Of a stretch of 27,428 nucleotides of DNA, positions 21,940 to 27,428 are shown in pieces. Origin of the DNA: Octopus sinensis. Taxonomy: Eukaryota. Each line of letters begins with the position of its first letter. Within the stretch, counting starts at the first letter, position 1. The notes beneath the pieces were generated by a model that was given only the letters and a program-made list of their open reading frames with translations, was not told the DNA's origin and made no database searches. The DNA lies in contig NW_021836487.1 of the NCBI RefSeq assembly GCF_006345805.1, forward strand, positions 1 through 27,428, read 5' to 3'. Made by a program: the position numbers and the translations under genes.

Positions 21940-22224
21940 GGTGTCCCAAAATGTATACACACTTTCACTGTTGAATACTTATTTAGTTTTAATTTCGTAA
22001 GTGGGTATTTTGTTGTTGTTTAGAGATCAGTCAAGTGTGGAAGTAACTTTGTAGACAGCTGTGTCCAACTTAACAGATCTCCAGACCAAACAAAATTTTC
22101 CAACAATACGCTTCTATCAACTCACTCTATAAATCTGTATGATTATAATTTTACACAGTTCCAAATGTCCCAGAAAAATAGCTCGCCAAAGACTGTATAA
22201 CGCCAAAAGGATCTCAAGAGTAGC

Positions 22225-22268
22225 ACAGTCTGACGAAGGCTAGCGAACCGAAACTTAGAAATTACTGT
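22225..22268 (+). ncRNA. Minimal hammerhead-like motif, probably decayed
   Basis: Stem I ACAGT/ACTGT, CTGACGA-A-GG...CC-GAAAC; stem III is mismatched and the triplet is AUU. Confidence 0.45.
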
Positions 22269-22351
22269 CACCTCTCGTAAAACTTCAGTATGTGTGTGTG
22301 TGTGCGTGAGTGTACCTGTTTGTGTGCCTGTGTACCCATATACATATATAT

Positions 22352-22503
22352 AAAAATAAAAATAAATGCGCCCTTTTAAAGCCTAGCCAGGCTCATGGGC
22401 CCGGTTTCCCGGTTTCAATGGCGTTACTCATTTTTGCCAGCTGACTGGACTGGAGTAATGTGAAATAAAGTGTTTTGCTCAAGAACACAACATGTCACCT
22501 GGT
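22352..22503 (-). mobile_element. Tail-only retroposon fragment (22352-22424) next to a V-type SINE fragment
   Basis: Match to 25385-25450 and 14590-14670 respectively. Confidence 0.75.
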
Positions 22504-22598
22504 GAGTGTCACCCTAATACTTTCCCTATATGCATCTTTTTGACTTATGTCGTTTTTCCGGTTTTTGTATTTATTTTTAATTTGTTTATACATATATA

Positions 22599-22765
22599 GG
22601 CGTAGGAGTGGCTGTGTGGTAAGTAGCTTACTTACGAATCACATGGCTCCAGGTTCAGTCCCACTGCGTAGCACCTTAGGCAAGTGTCTTCTACTATAGC
22701 CTCGGGCCGACCAAAGCCTTGTGAGTGGATTTGGTAGACGGAAATTGAAAGAAGCCCATGGTATA
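22599..22765 (+). mobile_element. CORE-type SINE 5' half
   Basis: High identity to 10169-10333. Confidence 0.88.
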
Positions 22766-23132
22766 TTTAATCGGTGTACATTCAAAACAATGATTAGTAA
22801 ATTCACGAAACCGGTATGCTTCTGAATCTCTTTAACAATTCACAATAATGACTTTTATTCCTACCTCACTTCATCTAATTGTATATATCTATCGTTATTT
22901 TTCATAAAAAGCCTTTACTTTTTTGATTTCCAATGTGCATTTTCGCTTATTTTTCTTCTTACATTTCCACGTGTAGTCTCTATTTTCTTTTTGTAACTAT
23001 TTTCTATTATATATATATATGCAGGTGTGTATGTGTGTGCATATGTATGTATGTGTGTACGCAGGTGTCAGCGCGCACGGATGTATGTGTGTGAGTGTGT
23101 ACCTGTACCCAGATCCACTAAAGTACATACAG

Positions 23133-23232
23133 ATATTATCTGGCAGAAATCAGGATTTTGGCACCATGCCTGTCTATAGGGAGTCTTGTACTCGGAAGTG
23201 TGTTGATGTGTGTATGTGCGCATAGGAAGTGA
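23133..23232 (+). CDS. Possible terminal exon encoding a hydrophobic C-terminus
   Basis: YYLAEIRILAPCLSIGSLVLGSVLMCVCAHRK* after a weak acceptor (catacAG). Confidence 0.25.
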
Positions 23233-23360
23233 AGAAGCCATATGATGTTCTGATGTACTGCAACACGGTACTCGACTTGCCAGCAATGGAAACGTGATTG
23301 TGGCAGCGAATATATTTTACAAATGACCCCTTCGCCCTTGAATATGCACACACACACACA

Positions 23361-23393
<33 letters not shown>

Positions 23394-23859
23394 AACAAAC
23401 AATTTAAGACAGTATTTTGAAATTGTAAATAATTTTCTCATTTTCTGAATGCTTTCATTAAATTCAAGAGGAGAAAAGGCAAAAAAATCAACCACCATCA
23501 TATTAAGGGTTATTGATAACACTTCTTGGATAATCAATACCTGCTTGTATACAACTGCTATTTCTCTGAGGGGATATGTAGAACCTAACCGCAGAACGTG
23601 ATAAGGACATGACTGAACACAGCTACCCAGGTGGACAATAAATCAAGAAAATACAGACAACCTGCGTTACAGAACTTATTTAAATATCACCATAAAAATT
23701 GTCTGGGGAGAGTCATTTTCTTTTTGTGCCTTATAATTTAACACACTCACCGGTAAAATTTCCACTTATTTCTTATTTTTATTTTCCTAAAATTTTCGTT
23801 GCGTCTTGCAACCTTTTCAATTGTCTTGACTCTCTTAAAAGTAAGGTGAATAATAAGCT

Positions 23860-24728
23860 CGCCGCTGAGTGGTAAGGAGTTTGTTTCCCAGCTACATGGC
23901 TTCCGGTTCAGTCCCACTGCGTGGCACCTTGGGCAAGTATCTCCTACTATAGCTTCGTGCCGACTAAGGCCTTGTGAGTGGATATGGTAGATGGAAACTC
24001 AAAAAAGCGCATCGTATACACACATTATGTGTTTATATATATATATATATACATATATATGAGCAAAACGCCCTCCCCCATCCAATGGACGGTGCTGAGT
24101 TGTTAAACATTTAAACCAAATTTTCTCAAAACAACTTGTCCGACCGTCCCATAGGCCTCCCCTTTGGGAAACACTGATTTAACTTAAACTTGAGACACCA
24201 GCAAAAGAAATAAAGATGGACTTTTTTTTCTATTCCGAGAAAAACGATTTTACAAATGCACGGCTTTATCGATCGCATTCTCACCTGGAATCGATTTTTT
24301 GAATTTTTTCAAGACTTACACACGCCCTGATATCGTCGGTATCTACATATTAAATTTGAGCGCAATCGGATGGAGGATGCCCGAGATCCTAGAAGACACA
24401 CACAGACAGAACGGATTTCATATAATAGATATATAAGTTAGAGGTGTTTAAAACCTCTAAGGGATGGTTAAATCCCTTCTTGCATATATATATATGGGGA
24501 ACACATACGCCATTGAAACCTGGAAACTGGGCCCATGAGCCTGGCTAAGCTTTAAAAGGGTGCATTTATTATTTTATTTTAACTTAGCGATTCGGCAAAA
24601 AGACAGGGAGAATAATAACCAGGCTTTAAAAAAAGTAGTGGGATCGATTTATTAGATAAAAACCCCTCAAGGAGGTGCCCCAGCATGGCCGCATTCCAAT
24701 AACTGAAACATGTGAAAGTTAAAAGATG
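23860..24728 (+). mobile_element. CORE-type SINE head (23860-24018) and tail (24580-24728) separated by insertions
   Basis: Both parts match 8767-9171; a tail-only fragment of the Arg-like SINE lies at 24496-24575. Confidence 0.7.
24060..24430 (+). mobile_element. Probable non-autonomous Helitron/Helentron-like element
   Basis: The 3' end AAATTTGAGCGCAATCGG...ACACACAGACAGA...ATATAATAGAT resembles DINE-1/Lep1-type termini (pattern recall). Confidence 0.45.
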
Positions 24729-25010
24729 TCTGCAAAACCTTAGAAGTTGAAGAGTTTTTACAAATCGATCAAAAGATTGAATAATAACCTTAAAAGTTGA
24801 AACTAAAAATTAAAAATTGCAAATTAAAAACTAAATGTTATAAGGTATTCAAAAATTCCAAAATTAAAAATGTTGAAAAAAAAAAAAAAAATTAAAATTG
24901 AAATTAAGAATTGAACAAAAAATAGATAAATAAATAAATGAATAAAACGGATGAAAAATAAAATTTAGAATTAAATTAGAAAATGAAATAAGTGTTTTTG
25001 GTCGATATAT

Positions 25011-25738
25011 CTTTTATCCTTTACTTGTTTCAGTCATTAGACTGCGGCAATGCTGGAGCACTATGTTGAGGAACTTTTAGTTGAAAGAATCAACCTTAGT
25101 TCTTTCTCTGTTTTTCTGTTTTTAAAAGCCTGGTACTTCTGGAGGTGCAATGGCCCAGTGGTTAGGGCAGCGGACTCGTGGTCGGACGATCGCGGTTTCG
25201 ATTCCCAGACTGGGCGTTGTGTGTGTTTATTGAGTGAAAATGACTAAAGTTCCACGAGGCTCCGGCAAGGGTTGGTGGCGACCCCTGTTGTACTCTTTCG
25301 CCCCAACTTTCTCTCACTCTTTCTTCCTGTTTCTTGAGTAACGCTGCGATGGACTGGCTTCCTGTCCAGCTGGAGGGAACACATACGCCACAGAAACCGG
25401 GAAACCGGGCCCATGAGCCTGGCTAGGCTTGAAAAGGGCGCATAAATAAATAAAAGCCTCGTACTTATTCTCTCGGTCACTTTTGCCGATCATGGAGTCT
25501 TAAACGCAATAGCACTTGCTGTCAAGTGGTGGTGAGGGACGGACACACACACACACACACACACACACAATATACGACGGAATTCTTTCAGTTTCCATCT
25601 ACCAAATCCACTCACAAAGCTTTCGATCGGTCCGAGGCTGTAGTAGAAGACACTTTCCCAAGGTGCCACGTCGCGGGACTGAACGCAGAGCCATGTGGTT
25701 GGAAAACAAACTTCTTACCACACTGCCACAACTGTGCC
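25011..25738 (-). mobile_element. Full-length CORE-type SINE interrupted by another SINE
   Basis: Tail 25011-25138 and 25467-25540, (CA)n, head 25572-25738. Confidence 0.82.
25139..25450 (+). mobile_element. tRNA-Arg-like SINE, tail type A'
   Basis: 16-bp duplication TAAAAGCCT(G/C)GTACTT at 25123-25138 and 25451-25466. Confidence 0.88.
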
Positions 25739-26135
25739 TATACATATGCATGTGTATATCTATATATCTATCTCAAAAGAAAAAAACCAAAAGGAAAAAA
25801 GAGACCCACTTACTGTAATGTGTTTTCTTTTTGCATGACACTATTGCCCAAGGTTCCCGTGGTCTTTTCCGTAGGCTTTTCTATCCACGGACAAACCTAA
25901 TCTGTTTTCCCTTTTTACTTTGACATTTCCGTGATACATGATCCCTATTGATCGGTTCCACTGTTTTTTTCTTCACGATCCTTTTGAACGGAATTCCCCT
26001 CCCCCCCTTTTTTTCACGATCCCTTTTGATCGGAATTCGTCCCACCTTTTTTTCCTCCTCCCTTCTTCCTCAAAAGAAAAGCTCTACTTTGTATTTTGTC
26101 CCTTCTGTGTCTAGCCCTGCGTGGCCAATAAAGAT

Positions 26136-26256
26136 ATCTATCTATCTATCTATCTACCTACCTACCTACCTATCTACCTACCTACCTACCTACCTATCTA
26201 TCATCTATCTATCTACCTACCTACCTATCTAACTACCTACCTATGTATCTACCTAC

Positions 26257-26300
<44 letters not shown>
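26136..26300. repeat. (CTAT)n/(CTAC)n microsatellite
   Basis: Directly visible. Confidence 0.95.
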
Positions 26301-26301
<1 letters not shown>

Positions 26302-27104
26302 ATCGTCGCTGTAACTTAGCAGTCCGCTGCAAGAAACTGATAGAATAAGTATACAAATTTTTAAAAAAATAAACTTACTGAAGCCTATTCGTTGGAAGCG
26401 GTGTCTCGGCATGACCGCATTCAAGTAACTGTAAAAAAAATAAAAAATTAAAGTTAAAAAAAGAAAGATAAATTTACTTAAAGTCAAGCGGGATGATCAC
26501 TGCTGGAGCGTCTTTGAATGCAGTTAAGATCTGCGTTGTCGTGGATCAATGTATTTAACCTAGGGCTATACAAGTAAGCCATTAAATAATTGTTTCTTTA
26601 GAGAAGTAATTTTACTTTATCCTCCAACATTAACGACTTTTAATAAATCCGTCTTAACGGTTTCACGCTTCGCTTCATTCCACAAGAAAATTTTCTTCTC
26701 TCTTTGTTTCGCTTGATTTCATTAAAAAAATCTTTTATTGTCGGTTAACATTCTCTCTCCTCTGTTTCTCTCCCTCACTTTCTTTCTTTCCTTCTTTCTT
26801 TCTTTCTTTCCTTCCTTCTTTCTTTCTTTCTTTCTTGCTCTTTATTTCATCTTGCAAATAATCACTCCGCTTCCACCTCTTCCACTCTACCAATGTCTCC
26901 GCACCACCACCCGCCATCCTCTCTCCGCCACCGTCCTCCACCGCCTCCGTGCCGCCACCCGTCACTTCGTCGCCGCTTACACGGACTTTGATATCGACAG
27001 TATAGCCGCGGGAGAATTTTTTAAAGTTTTCGATAATTAAAAGATGTAACGAGAGAGGGAGGGAGAGAGAGAGAGAGAGAAAGACAGAGAAAGAGAGAGA
27101 GAAA

Positions 27105-27194
27105 TGGCATGGCTCTGTGGTTTAGAAGCTTGCCTCCCAACCGTGTGGTCCTGGGTTCAGTCCCATTGCTTTTCAAAGGCATAATGTGTCTTCA
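27105..27194 (+). mobile_element. Truncated CORE-type SINE head
   Basis: TGGCTCTGTGGTTTAGAAGCTTGC...GGGTTCAGTCCCA. Confidence 0.7.
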
Positions 27195-27428
27195 CTGGTA
27201 GTTCTCAACTGGGGTCCATATATGACTTTTAGTGGTCCACGCAACAAAATAGTAAACTGGGGATCCAGAACAGTATTTTAAGGGTCTCTGAAGAAAGAAG
27301 CACCTAGAATATTTTACATAGATCAACCTACACAAGTCAATGTGTGAAAAAGGAAAATAGGAATTTTGAAAGATGTAACTATAAAACTAGTTTTTAACGA
27401 TTGAATGGCTCTAGGGGTCTATCGGAAT
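27195..27428. mobile_element. Probable hAT-type MITE running off the window
   Basis: GTAGTTCTCAACTGGGGTCC resembles CAGTGGTTCTCAACC-type hAT/Charlie termini; the other end is not visible. Confidence 0.45.

Noticed and set aside
21935-21975. CAGAGGGTGTCCCAAAA Tc1/mariner-like terminus
   Set aside because: No matching second terminus found, so it was not called as an element.
7081-22023. Many ORFs rich in Y/I/H/T/C/V
   Set aside because: They are translations of (TA)n, (CA)n and (TG)n microsatellites, open on both strands.
26860-27010. GC-rich Pro/Ser-rich stretch as an exon
   Set aside because: Low complexity, several frames open, and no AG directly after the pyrimidine tract.

Overview
Repeat-dense, AT-rich eukaryotic genomic DNA, most likely octopus or another coleoid cephalopod, judged from the tRNA-SINE families and the very long (TA)n/(CA)n tracts (recognised from memory, not by database search). 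Nearly all ORFs in the supplied track are microsatellite or SINE read-throughs. The window holds nested mobile elements: CORE-type, Meta-type, V-type and tRNA-Arg-like SINEs; five pieces of a ~415 bp MITE with GG-terminal inverted repeats, 8-bp target duplications and internal TTAGGG; a decayed Penelope-like GIY-YIG element; the 3' end of a HERO-type RLE retrotransposon; and a U6/retroposon-tail chimera. Three to five candidate + strand exons of an unidentified gene are scattered among them. The most unusual part is a ~2.6 kb cluster of fold-back palindromes (11.8-14.4 kb), several carrying minimal type I hammerhead ribozyme motifs. One is a spacer-less ~555 bp palindrome with a hammerhead core on each strand.
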